Assembly (NCBI GenBank): GCA_047495785.1
Contig: JBLDXI010000007.1
Span: 2,666,001-2,730,000 of the forward strand
DNA from: Lepidodermella squamata
Taxonomy: Eukaryota > Animalia > Gastrotricha
Direction: 5' to 3'
DNA: 64,000 bases
Shown here: in pieces, positions 25,945 through 37,938 of the stretch
Layout of the letters: every line of letters starts with the position of its first letter
Position numbering within the stretch: position 1 is the stretch's first letter
Made by a program: the position numbers and the translations under genes
The notes under the pieces: generated by a model
The model's input: the letters and a program-made list of their open reading frames with translations, nothing else
Told to the model about the DNA's origin: nothing
The model's database searches: none

Positions 25945-27669
25945 TTAAGATCTAAGAGATATTTTAACCGGGACGCCGCCAACTGGTGTTAGAGGGCCAT
26001 TTCTTGTCGCAAGTTTCAATCCACCAGTAGGATATCCACCCTCAGGCTCTTCAAACTTGTATCTCAACAGAAGATTCGCAAGGGTCAGCTTGATCTCCAG
26101 TAAGGCGAATCGCATTCCCAGACATTGTCTCGGCCCTATGCCAAAAGGAATATAAACTGATTCCTTCCTCTCGGCGCCGTATTCAGGCGAGAATCGCTCC
26201 GGATGAAACTTAGCTGGGTCGACCGGCCCCCAATAGTCAGGGTTGTTGTGAAGCGAGATTGAATCGACGTAAACCGCATTGATTGTTTGATTGACCGCTA
26301 CCCCGCTAACTGTAGTATCACTTGTAACAAATCGAGTAATAGCGTTCAGACCAGATGGGTAAATTCTCAGCACCTCGTTCACGACCCAATCGAGATAAGG
26401 AATCTTGTTAGCGATCGTCTCGTAATCCAAATCAGGGAAATCACCATTGTCACTTCGCTGGTATAGGCTTCGAAGCTTTTCAGCCAATTTATCCTGAATT
26501 TCTGGATGTTTTGTGAGTAGATATGTCGCGAATCCCATTGTAGTCGACGTAGTTTCAAGTCCAGCGGCGAAAAGTAACAAAATCTGGCCGACAACTTCTT
26601 TCTGGGTTAACGGCTTCAAGTTTCCGATATCCTTACTTCCACCATCAGAGACATCAAGGAACATTTGTAAGATGTCGTTGCGACGCTCCGACCCGTTCTG
26701 TCGTTTCTCTGCGATTTTACCAAAGATGTCGAGCATGTAGCCAACCGGTGCGAAAAATCCGCTCAGGTACTTCATTTGCGTGAAAACCAACGCCTTGAAA
26801 ATTGGAGCTAATTCGGTCAAGCATAGCGCAACTCGGATGACTATTGGCAGGCCAGTCTGTCCACGACCGAAAAAGTCGCGAATTTTCGCGAGTAACATGT
26901 TGTTTTCACCACGGGTCTTGATAGCGTCCAATTCGAGGCCGAATCCCACGTTGCTTATCACCTCGGCCGAGAGAAGTTGGTAATACTCACGAGCATCAAA
27001 TGTTTCACCAGTTCTAAAATAATAAACTAATTATTTATTGATATGTCTAATAATAAAATTTACTTGGCCTTTTCTTGGAAAGCTGAGATCAGATCTCGTT
27101 GGCTTCGATTGATTAGTCCCATGTAGGAGCTAAGCTTGGCGGTAGAGAAAGCTGGATTGCAGATGCTGCGAAGTCGTTTCCATTTCTCGCCCTTGGCGAA
27201 CAGCATATGATTCAGAGGATCTAGATTCGAACGTTGGGAAAATGTGATATTTTACCGGAGAAACAAACTTACGATCAGGATCCCGTTCAGGATCTGGTTG
27301 GATTACTATGAACTATACGTAGATGGAATAACAGTTCCTGTTCAGTTTCATTGATTAAATACTCACACTTCTTCCTTGAAAGCCTGAAAATTGTCGAACC
27401 ATGACGCTCTCCACGGCTTCAGGGCTGCTGATGACCAAAATTGGCTGAGAGCCAAGGTAATAGCCATAAACTGGTCCGTATTTCTTCGACCACTCTGCGA
27501 GGACATAGACTCGTTCGAGAACGAACACCTCATGCATGTTGCCATAAAGCCAATGCGGCTCTGGGCCTGGTATGCCCAATTTTTTGAAAACTTGATGGCT
27601 GTAAAACTTGCGGTATAGATAGAACGCTACAAGCGTGAAAACGCCAAATGTTAAGAATAAGGTAATCAT
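25945..27669 (-). CDS. Cytochrome P450, clan 3-like (4 exons)
   Basis: N-terminal anchor plus LGIPGP; WKRLRS.CNPAFS; I-helix AAGLETT; EVLR; PERF; haem motif PFGIGPRQCLG; exons join in frame. Confidence 0.93.
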
Positions 27670-28473
27670 TTTTTGAAATCAAGATTATGGCAGAAAATGC
27701 ATGGAATAGAGCCTTTTATACGTTTGAAAACTGGTCTACTTTATGCTCGTGTCGTGGCCGATAACGTAGACGCAATGTAAATACAAGAGCGTAATACTTG
27801 TATGAATAAGCAAGCATAGTAGTATGTAAGAGTGTGAGGCTTTGTTTACTTAATAAAGCCAGTTGCGAAAAAATTACTCTCGTTCCGGACGACAACCACA
27901 TAGCACTCATCATCAATATCGTGTGATATATATTTCAATGGAAACATCAGTTGTAAAGTTTTAACGTACAGATTTACGATTAAACATGATTCCGACCGGG
28001 CGAAAGTTGAAACAAAGGAAATAAATATACGCATCACACGCCGAAAATTATATCGTCCACCGTGGTAATGATGTTGTTTCATCTAAATGAGTGAAATATT
28101 AGAATTGCACGAATTTTTGCACTATAGCATCTTGGGGGCGATAGCATGATAATATGAATTGGAAGACTGCGGTAGACACCCAATGCAAAAATAAGTTTGA
28201 GCTTGACGACACAACGAAGCGCGATGCGCAAGCTCAATACTTCGTGTGAATCTTGCCCTGGCTCCTCAATATGTTACTCGTTTTTTAACAGAAGAAAATA
28301 CGTAATTACACAAAGTTCTATCACGCGGAGCACCAGCGCCCGCTGTTTATACAAAAATCTGCAATCTTTGATATCTGAAAAATACAATTATCGTATATCT
28401 TACTTTCCCATCAAATTATTAAATCTTAAATCTTAAATCTTATTTTATTTCTTAAAATTTGATTTAAAGTCGA

Positions 28474-29326
28474 ATGCATTTCGCGGGAAAATTGGCAGTC
28501 CTGTGCATTTTGGCGGCAAGCTCAGTTGACTGCTGCCCGCCGTCAAGTACTTCAACAACATGTCCTTCGTCATCATGTCCATCCGGGAACAGTTGCTACG
28601 ATGTCGGCTGCACTAGCACCACCCAAACTTGCTCTACAGTGGTGCGTGATTGACGCTTGGTTTGACCCTGCATTGTAAAACTACCTTTTCTCTGAAGAGT
28701 CTGTTCAAAATGTGCACTATCAAGAGTAACATTCCTGCAACATCGTTTTTAAAGTACTGTATTTCAAACGCTGGCATCCCATGCAACATTCTGACCGGCG
28801 GGGCGGTATATAGCGAATGTCATGCCCGATGCGGTTTTTATTCTATGCATTTTTTTCAGGACGTCTCTCCGGCCCAACTGTACAACGACTTTGCGTCATG
28901 CTGCGCTGCTACGTCGACAAATGTGAGGTACGAAAATTTTCTTGATTCAACCAAAGCAGCGGCGTATGCTGTGGTTCCCTACTTGTGTGTTGGCGCTGTG
29001 GATTCGACTCCGTACAAAGTTTGCGCGTCGGATAAGGCCGGCGCAAAGGGAATTTGCTCTCGATTTCCGAACATTTGCAGCACGGGTGCTACTGATACGC
29101 AAGTTGTTTCAACGGTAAGGCTCCTAGTGTGTTGGAATCGTGTTGGAATAATTCACCGAATTTAATTCTTGAACAGAATACTCCTACTCCGAATAATGTT
29201 TATGCATTCGCTTCATTTGCGGCCTGCTGTGCGGCACTTGGTACACCAGCAGCCCAAATTTCTTACACCCCAGCTGGCAATACGCTTTTCGACGCTGCAT
29301 TTGACACATGTGCTCAGACCGTTTGA
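28474..29326 (+). CDS. Secreted 18-Cys protein type B, copy B4 (no A partner)
   Basis: MHFAGKLAVLCILAASSVDC-CPPSSTSTTCPSSSCPSG, nearly identical to B3 exon 1; YAVVPYLCVGAVDSTPYKVC; FDTCAQTV*. Confidence 0.85.
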
Positions 29327-29898
29327 GCCAACGACTTCCGGTTGACTGGATAAAATCAATTTAGTATTCCCCTTTCCTTATTACTGAGATTACAAAATCA
29401 AACAAAAACTTCACGAATGATAGAGCTTCATGGAAAATGAGGTATTTTAGTATTCAGAAACTCATCTGCTGAGTTATACGAGGGCTAACTTAGCGACAAT
29501 GTTCAACAAGAAGAATCTTATAAGCATAACGTTGAAAAGTGAAAGCAGTAAGAGATATGGCTCCTGATTAAAATTTGAAATGCGAGATTCTCAGGATTGT
29601 TTGAGCTGTCTCCGAGTTTTTGGAAGTGAATGGAATGGAAGAAAATTGGACGAATCGCACAATACCCAAACAATAGTGTTACCAATAAAGATAAACATCA
29701 AGTTTTTCTGTGCTCGTTTTTCACACATGAATTCATGGATAACCATCAAGCTGAAGGTAATCGCAGCTTATCTCAAGTCACGACTTCTCAATTCACAGAA
29801 CTGTCTAACACGCTTGTAAACAGGAAAGAGCGCATGCATATTCCAAGCTGCTTTCATCTTGGCATTCGTCTTTTTGAGCTAATTATTTGTCCCTAAGC

Positions 29899-29905
29899 TA
29901 TAAAA
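29899..29905 (+). promoter_or_regulatory. Candidate TATA box for the Asn-rich gene
   Basis: TATAAAA ~75 bp upstream of the ATG at 29977. Confidence 0.45.
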
Positions 29906-29976
29906 GCAGGTTCAAATTCGGTGAAAATATGAGTTTCTACTTATTTTGTCATTCAACGTCAACTGCTTGATAAATC

Positions 29977-30915
29977 ATGAACACATTTATTGGTGAGTAA
30001 TTGTTACGGCTGCGTTAATTTTTAATGTATAGATTTTACTTCATTTAAGGATTCGCGCTTTTCGCTTGCCTGCCCTTGGCTCTATCCCAATCCGGTGGAA
30101 ATGTTTGGAACAGCTACAATGGCGGTGGTAGCAGTCGGGGCTACGTTAGCAATGGCAACTATGGCGGCAATAGCAACAGCAACGGTGGCAACAACGGCGC
30201 CAATAGTAACAGGTCGCAGGGCTCTGGCATGAACACTGGTAACAATGGTTACAACAGTAATGGCAATACCGCCAACAACAACAACCAGAATAGTGGCTAT
30301 AATTCTAACAACGGTTACAACAGTGGTTACAACACTAATGGTTACAACGGTAGTCGCAATACCGCCAACAACAACAACAACCAGAATAGTGGCTATAATG
30401 CTAACAACGGTTACAGCAGTAATGGTGCTTACAATGGCAATACTGCAAGCAACAACAACGTGAATAATGGCAATAATGCTAACAATGGTTACAACAGTAA
30501 CAATAACGGTAACAACAATCAAAATGGCTACAACCAACAGCAGCAGGCCCAACGCCCTAATTACAATAATAGCGCATCGACGACTAACTGGGCAGGTGGC
30601 AACCAGCAGCCACCAAGGATGGATAATAATGGAACTTATCAGAATGGAAACAACCCGCAGTACAACGGGTCTTATAACCGACCGTCGTATCAGACTAATC
30701 AGGTCAGTGCCAACAACCAACAAATTAACCAAAGCGGCAGTAATCAGCAACGTTACCAAGGTGGGGGCAACACCCAGGGTGTTCAAAGCGGTAATACGAA
30801 CAGCCAAGGCAATCGAAACACTGCCCAAGTAAGTGGCCAGCAGTATAACGGAGGACAGCAATATAACGGAGGTCAGCAATACAACGGACAGCAAGGTTAT
30901 TCAAACCGAGGATGA
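29977..30915 (+). CDS. Secreted Asn/Gly/Tyr/Gln-rich low-complexity protein, ~293 aa; exons 29977-29992, 30050-30915
   Basis: Spliced signal MNTFIGFALFACLPLALS; repeated NNGYN/NSGYN motifs; C-terminal (GQQYNG)x3; no Cys in the mature part. Confidence 0.85.
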
Positions 30916-31161
30916 AAGACAACTCGGAAATATAAAACTGTTCACATCTGGCATGTGAAATTTTCGCATTTTATTAATTTATATTTTTTGCCTTTTCGGC
31001 TAAATAAAATCGTATCGTATAGCTGATTCTTTTGTACTCAAAATCGATAATTACATGGTCAATAATTAATTATTCATGAATAACACTATAGGCGATATTC
31101 GCACGCTTGTTCTTTGCTACTATGAAATATTGTTCTATATTGAGTACTCTCACGCTCCTTC

Positions 31162-31820
31162 ATGGATAGCAAACTCGAGGCTGATATAGAATTTTTCCAG
31201 GCCTGTGAACAAGGCGATGTAGAAAATGTCCGGCGTTTGCTGGCGAGCGGCCTCGTCGATATCAACGCGGCTGTTTACGACTTCGAAAAGCATGGCCCTC
31301 TACACGGCCCAGGTGACAATCACTTTTCGATGATGGTGAACGGATCTACAGGCCTGCATTTCGCCTGTGCTGACAACCAACACGAACTGCTCAAGATGAT
31401 TATCGAGGAATTTAAACCGGAGAAATCGTACATTAATCACAAAAATTTGACAGGTAAGAATGTCCGAGGAGGAGCCTTTGTTATATTCATCTTTAATGTT
31501 ACTGTTTTTTTCATTCAGAGGGGATTACAGCGCTTTCATTCGCATCTGGCTCTGGTAATCTGGATTGCGTCAAGGTTTTAGTTGAGCTGGCAAACGCTGA
31601 TCTTGAAATCCGAGATAAGCGCAAAATGACGCCGTTAATGGCGGCCTCGATGATGGGCAACCATCCAGTGGTCGAATATTTGCTACAGCAGGGTGCTAAT
31701 GCTTCGGCCGAGACCGAGGACGGCGTCAAAGCCGTTGATATTGCCGGAGGAGTGCCGTGGTGCACACAAGAAAATCGCGATAAAACGCGTCAAGCCTTCG
31801 AACATTATTCTAAAACCTGA
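31162..31820 (+). CDS. Small ankyrin-repeat protein, ~197 aa; exons 31162-31453, 31519-31820
   Basis: ACEQGDVENVRRLL, GSTGLHFAC, GITALSFASGSGNLDCVKVL, TPLMAAS..GNHPVVEYLLQQGAN. Confidence 0.85.
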
Positions 31821-32385
31821 AGCCTTTACTATGTTTTTCAGGGAATTTAAAAATAGATAATATTGTACAGCTCAAAATTCCTAAAAACTCTTCGCGCCTG
31901 ACTTTGACTTTGTTCCGCAGGGACTGAAGTTGAATTCAGAGCCATACGAGAATTTTTAATTCTTTTTCGTCTATGTGCTGTCAGTTACTTGAATGAAAGC
32001 GTGCATTTTAGTATTGCATTATATAGTGGAGTGTCTGTTGCTTCAAAACTTACGCGCTTTTGGCACCTTACTCATCCACTTGTTTGATAATGTTTTTTGC
32101 CTGTACACATGTGCATGGAATATGAGCGTCTTTACGTTAATTCCCTACAAATTATGCCTTCAGCTCATACGTTAATGAGTGGTTGGATGAAATAGGGTAT
32201 GAGTTTGGCTCATTTTTTAATCACAGAAAGGAAGCAATTTCGAGAGATTTCTTTATTTTTCCACCACATAAAGCAAAATTGCATGGATAATATTTCAAAT
32301 TTCAAATCTCTGCTCGTCACTGCAGATTTGTTGCTAGGATTCTCATCAACAAATTTTGAAAAATAATTGTTTGAATAAAGTGTCA

Positions 32386-33704
32386 TCATTCAAGTTTGAC
32401 TGCACAACGGAAGAGGTTTTGCCATTCCTGGTCATTGAGTAAACTATCTAGGACTTCCCACGCCGGTCCGAAATTCGTGTTAATATAGCTAGCGTCGTGA
32501 GTTTCAGGGTTCTTCAAACCGAAGCAGATGTTACACAGCATGACAAGAGCCAATCTTGCGCAAAGTGACGGCTAACGTTACAAAGCATCGAGATAATAAT
32601 AACGTAAATTGTCGACAAAAACCTACAAGTAAAGCGTTGTATTCCGCCTGTGTTAGCTGAATGTGCTGATTGTAGCCTTCCATAAATGCTCGAACGCATG
32701 CGAATGGATCCTCACTTGTAAACAGGCTGGGAAGGGCTATCGCAACTTCGTAAATACGGCACGTGTACCGGGAATCAGTGAAATCGATAAGGCCAGTTAT
32801 CGCGGAACAAGAATCGTCATTCACAAAGATGTTGCGCCAATGGGCATCTCCGTGGATTTGTTCTGAAAAAAACTCGTCTTTATTTCGTTTTCATGGATAT
32901 GGAATACCCTTACGCTTCGGTAATTCATCCAAAAGTGGAACCAGATCTTCATCGAATAACTTGATCGAACCTTCGACAAGACGCTTTTTGTGTTCAAAAT
33001 CAGCTCCACAGGTAGCTTCAGTGATCAAGTTGACCATCGTCCTCACGTTAAGTTCATCTGAAAATTCTAGAACTATCTTAGGTGCTGCATTCTCGACGTA
33101 GTAAGCGTCGTGAAAAGTCTGTTTTAACACACGTTTTAGATACAAATCCCCCGTTTATTGTCATACAGACCTCAAGAATCTTATCCAAATTGCCGATGAA
33201 AGATCCTGCTCGTCTGGCTATTTCCGGATTCATGGCCTTTGTGTCCAGCCATAGTTTACCTCTCAGGAAAGGTTGTACTCTGATAGGATACTTGGCTCGC
33301 GATTCGCCTTCGGTGATTTCTGAACTTGTGATTCGTTTTTAATTTTCTTTTTTTAAAATGCAAAAGGGTCTGTCCAACCTGCTTTTGTAAACATCCCGCC
33401 ATCTTTCGTTGGTACAACCTCAGGAACAGGTATCCCGTGGTTCTTCAAGAACTGAATCAACGTGATCTCAGCACCTACGATGACATTTTTAATCAAAAAC
33501 CCGGTGAACGTGAATTGTATTACCTATTTGCTTTTCATCCAGTGTCACTGGATCCATAAAGACTTTGAGGATGTAATCGCCGTTAACGCTGTATGTTCTA
33601 TCGCAGAGTCCATCTATTTGCTTAAGTTCCACGACTGCGATGCCGTAGTCGACTGAAAGAACACGCTTCAACTTGATCTCATTTAAGCCCTCGTCTGTGG
33701 TCAT
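32386..33704 (-). CDS. Hydroxylysine-kinase-like / APH-family phosphotransferase (multi-exon; 5' end uncertain)
   Basis: YILKV, FLKNHGIPVPEVVPTKDG, catalytic IHGDAHWRNI and GLIDF motifs spread over short-intron exons; last exon ends AVKLE*. Confidence 0.8.
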
Positions 33705-34094
33705 TCGAGATTTCGAGATTCCCACTGTAGAAAGATAGCAAAAGATTTTTGAGCACGATTGATGGGATAGGCGTGCAGATAACGCCGCTCATTTTTTAAT
33801 GTTTTTTGACAGCAATGTGTCATTAGGGACGCCACAGCAGGCGGCTGAGCAGCGATTCAATATTGCTAGCACCGCTTGTTTTATTGATTGGAATTTCTGC
33901 TGCTGTTTGAATCGATCTCTAGCAGCCGGAAAGCGGAGAGAGATCAGGAATAAAGTTGCAGAAAAATTTACCACGCCCTTAATTCTCTTAGCGGCGAGTT
34001 GCAAGCGAGAAACAGTAAACTGTTACAGAAGGCGCCTCGATAATTCATTCATGGAGTAACTGAGGGCTGCTAAACTTGAAATCTGGCAAACCTT

Positions 34095-35046
34095 ACTCAT
34101 ACTCATACTCATTTTTATTGCAAATTGTTTTTCAACAGTTAGCAAATAGTTAAGTTTAGTTTAGCAGAAAGTTGTTTCTTGGCGCCTCACCACAGAAGTC
34201 ACGTAGTTTACCAATGAAGGCGAATTAAATTTTATATGTTTGCAAAAAGCACTGTGCGAGTTGTTAACCACGCAAGACGGCAGACGGTTCCACGCAGCAC
34301 GCACGCGCCTGGAAAAGCTAAATTTATAGTTCAGGTTATTTCTAACCGCTTTCATCGTCACAGAATGAGGAGGAAGGCGAGAGTTTCGGGAGATTATAAA
34401 AAAGTCAGAGAAATTTATATCAATACAACCCTGATACATTTTATGCATTAGAGTGAGGTCATGTTGGAAGCGGCGAACCTCTAGCGTCGTTAAGCCCAAT
34501 TTCTGCAGACGTTCCTCATAAGAAGCACCCTCGACCGTTTCGTGATACGAGCTTCGATAGAGCAGTCTTTTTGTGAACCGCTTTTGTACCGATTCAAGGT
34601 CATCAATATCCTGTAATGAAAAAGGCGAGTACACGGCTGGACAGAAGTCCAAACAAGATAATGTGTATGTTTTATACGCTTTATGTTTTATACCCTTTAA
34701 ATCGGAGGGCCTTAGACGAAAATGATTTGGCTATCATTCCATTAATACGATTACATTTCGCTGCGAGAGACTGACAATGATCTGAAAATGATAGCTTTGA
34801 ATCGATAGTAACAGCGAGATCTTTCACTGGGTTGACAACTTGCAGGTCCACACCATTGATGCTAAATTGAAACGGAAATTCATTTTTGCCCATTTTCAGT
34901 ACGACACATTTTTTAGAATTAACAGACAATCCGTTATCGTCAAACCATTTGATTAACCGATCTAAGTCTTCCTGTAGTTCAAAGCAGTCTGTGAGATTAC
35001 GAATGACATTGTATAGCTGCTTCGTGTCATCAGCAAATAACTTCAT
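34095..35046 (-). mobile_element. 5'-truncated, frameshifted CR1/L2-clade LINE (RT C-terminus and 3' tail)
   Basis: KLFADDTK, LQEDLDRL..W, N..KC, KDLAV.IDSKLSF, LESVQKRFTK, SYEERL..LGL..LE.RR; ends AATAAA plus (ATGAGT)3 microsatellite tail. Confidence 0.9.
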
Positions 35047-35629
35047 AATCGATTTCAGAGGGACAAAAAAGTCGATTTTCCTGACCTATTGTTTTTTCAA
35101 CGGTTTCTAGGTAATTCGACCATGCTGAGTTCAGCGCAATTTACAGAAGTGCTCTATCTGTCATAGTTTTCGCGCTACAACATAGAGGAGGTCAGGCGAC
35201 GCGACGACCTGACTTGGCAAAATTTCAAAATTCCCCCATAAATGCGTTACCATGGAAAATATTTTAAATAATTTTAAATTGTGTTTAATTAAATATTTTT
35301 AGTGAGAATTTAATAAAATTATTGAACTTGCGTGAAGAAAATGAGGGAAAAGGCGTAATTTTTAAACTTTTACCTGCACGGAACTAAGCGTGGTCCGGAA
35401 TTGAGCAGCAGATTCATATCCGACACCTTTATTATATGAACTGACAATGCAAAGATGGAGGCAACGCTTGCTTTATTGCTGGCTGTTCGTTTCATTCGAT
35501 CTTGAACAAACTGCATATTGCATTCGAGATGAATAGCAAAATTTAAATCAACAATAACAGTGTGAATTAACGACTTAAAAGTATCCTCTATTTGATATGG
35601 TTCTGCGTGAATGCTGAAAAATCGAAGGT

Positions 35630-36459
35630 TCAAGCAGTCTGAGTGCATTTCTCTACACTCAAGCCGTATATGGTTGTCGTGGCGAAGGTGGGGACTGCTG
35701 TTCCGGTGCCCTGCCCAATCGCTTCACAGCAATCTCCATAAGTCGCGAAAGCATAGGGATCAGCAGCTTTTGTCTAAAAAGTTCAAAGTGGGTTCGTGAT
35801 TTTTAAATGGCGGGGCGGCAGAAATAAAGTTAGCTTACTGTAGATGTCGATTGCACGAGACCAGTGTCGCAAGTGCTCGGCAGTTTTACACATGACCCCT
35901 TGTCGGGACCAACTGTTTTCGCGCACACCTTGTAAGGCGTTTTATCAGGGACACCAAAGCAAGCTTGCATAACCGGCGAGGTATCGAGCGTCTCGAAAAC
36001 CAAATTTGGGAATGTCAAACCGACAGCTTGGCAACAAGAAGTATATGAGCTGTAAACTGTCGTTCCAAATGTCTGAAAAATTCGAATAGCTAATTTCTAC
36101 GGTAAACCTATTTTCAAACCGCTGCGCCGGTGACGGTGGAGCAGTTAGTGCTTCCCTTGGAAAAACAGAATTGGACGGATGCTTGGATTGATTGGGTGAA
36201 TAGGGAGCAGATGGAATACGTCACCTAAAACGGGAAATTACCTCAGAATTACACAGGATCAAGTATCACTCACGTTTGTAGCACAAGCTGTTGTGGATGG
36301 GCAAGCAACAGCGCCGCATGATTGACCTTTTGGGCAAGTTGGACAGGGAGTGGCAGTGGAAGTTGATCCGGATAGACCTGAAGAACTAGTCGGGCAAGAG
36401 TTAACCGTAAGTGCCAACGAAACGACGCCTGCGAGTATATAGCAAAATGCTTTCATCAT
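35630..36459 (-). CDS. Secreted 18-Cys protein type A, copy A4 (4 exons)
   Basis: MMKAFCYILAGVVSLALTVNS-C; MQACFGVPDKTPYKVC; IYGLSVEKCTQTA*. Confidence 0.85.
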
Positions 36460-36845
36460 GTTTTTGAACTAAGGTTAGCCAGGAGAAGAAATGCCAACCA
36501 CGATTCTTCGTACTAAGGGAAGATTTTTACAAGTTTTATGTTGCACTTGAATTATACACATCATTCGTGTCATTGGTGTTACGGCGCATTTCGTATTCGC
36601 CACATGTGTAGGCGGTGGATGAGAAAATTTAACTGAGCAGAGCCACGAGCGAAAAAGCATGAACACCGTCCTAAAGGTTGTATGTTATCGGCTTGGCGAA
36701 ACAAATTTACAAATTATAGCTCTCCTAACTACAACCAGAGATTATATAGGCCCTCGTTATTCGGCGCTTTTAAAGAGTTCCCTAATTAAGCCTTGTAGTT
36801 TTCCTAGGCCTAATGCTAACTCAGCTTTCCTTTACCTTTCCTTAG

Positions 36846-37678
36846 ATGCCAAGGAACATCGACCTCCTGTTTCTCGTGGTTTTAACTGTTATAGCTTCTG
36901 TGGATTGCTGCCCAGCTTCTGTATCTACGCCATGCCCCGATGCGTGCCCCTCGGGCAACACCTGTGCCGATGTGGCTTGTGCTAGCAACCAATATTGCAC
37001 ACCTGCGGTGAGTTGATTAACCCAACACCTCTCAACTAGACGTGGAAACTTTGTCAACAGGCAGCCTACCAAATGTGTACTATCGCTAGCAATATACCTG
37101 GAACGGCGTTTATCAACTACTGCTTCTCCAATGCTGGTCTATCATGCAGCACGTTGGCTGGAGGAGCTGTAATTTATTTTCTAATATTTTAATTTCCTGA
37201 TTTTCAAAATTATACAAACAAAGAGCGTATCACCGAGCAAGCTTTACAGCGACTTCGACAAATGCTGCGCCGATACTTCGACCAACGTCAGATACGAAAC
37301 CTTTGCGCCAAGTTCTTCCACCAAATCCTCTGTAGTATTGCCTCTGATTTGCGTTGGGGGCCTCGATGCTACGCCTTATAAAGTGTGTGCTGATACGGCT
37401 ACTGGCGGTAAAGGAACCTGCACGCGATTTCCTAATATATGCCACGATACTGGAAAAGTTAAAGCAACGTCGACAGTAGGTTTCACAACTAACTTCTAGC
37501 ATTTTAATTTGATTTTCTTTTCAAATAGTCCACTGCAACTACTGGCGGTTTGTATGCATTTCAGTCGTTTTCAAATTGTTGCGCTGCGCTCGCTGCAGCT
37601 GGAACAGCGAGTATTACCTATAAAGCAGTTGGTTCAACGGCTTACGGTGGCTCCTTTAATACTTGCTATCAAAACTAA
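36846..37678 (+). CDS. Secreted 18-Cys protein type B, copy B5 (4 exons; missed by the ORF track)
   Basis: MPRNIDLLFLVVLTVIASVDC-CPAS; YQMC; YSDFDKCC; VLPLICVGGLDATPYKVC; FNTCYQN*. Confidence 0.85.
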
Positions 37679-37938
37679 TTGAGGCATTGGAGAGTCTACG
37701 CGTTTCTTTGCATAGATTTACTTTTGTCATGAGTATCTTTGCCGTATGTAATGCAATAAATATATGAATATTTATTTTCGAGTTTTATTCTAAGGCGATG
37801 CAGGATATTGCATCGAAGTTCAATAATATCAGTCTGAAAGTAAACTTACCCCTGGAAATTTGCTGTCAGGAAATTGTTTATTGGCGCGTCGAAGTTTGAG
37901 CGGTAGATCGCAAAAGTCATAATTTTTCTGTACATTCA

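Noticed and set aside
30082-30894. 270-aa hydrophobic V/T/I ORF on the - strand
   Set aside because: Antisense shadow of AAC/AAT-rich codons in the Asn-rich gene.
35047-35370. Possible further repeat remnant 5' of the LINE fragment
   Set aside because: No matching TIR pair or TSD could be defined within the window.
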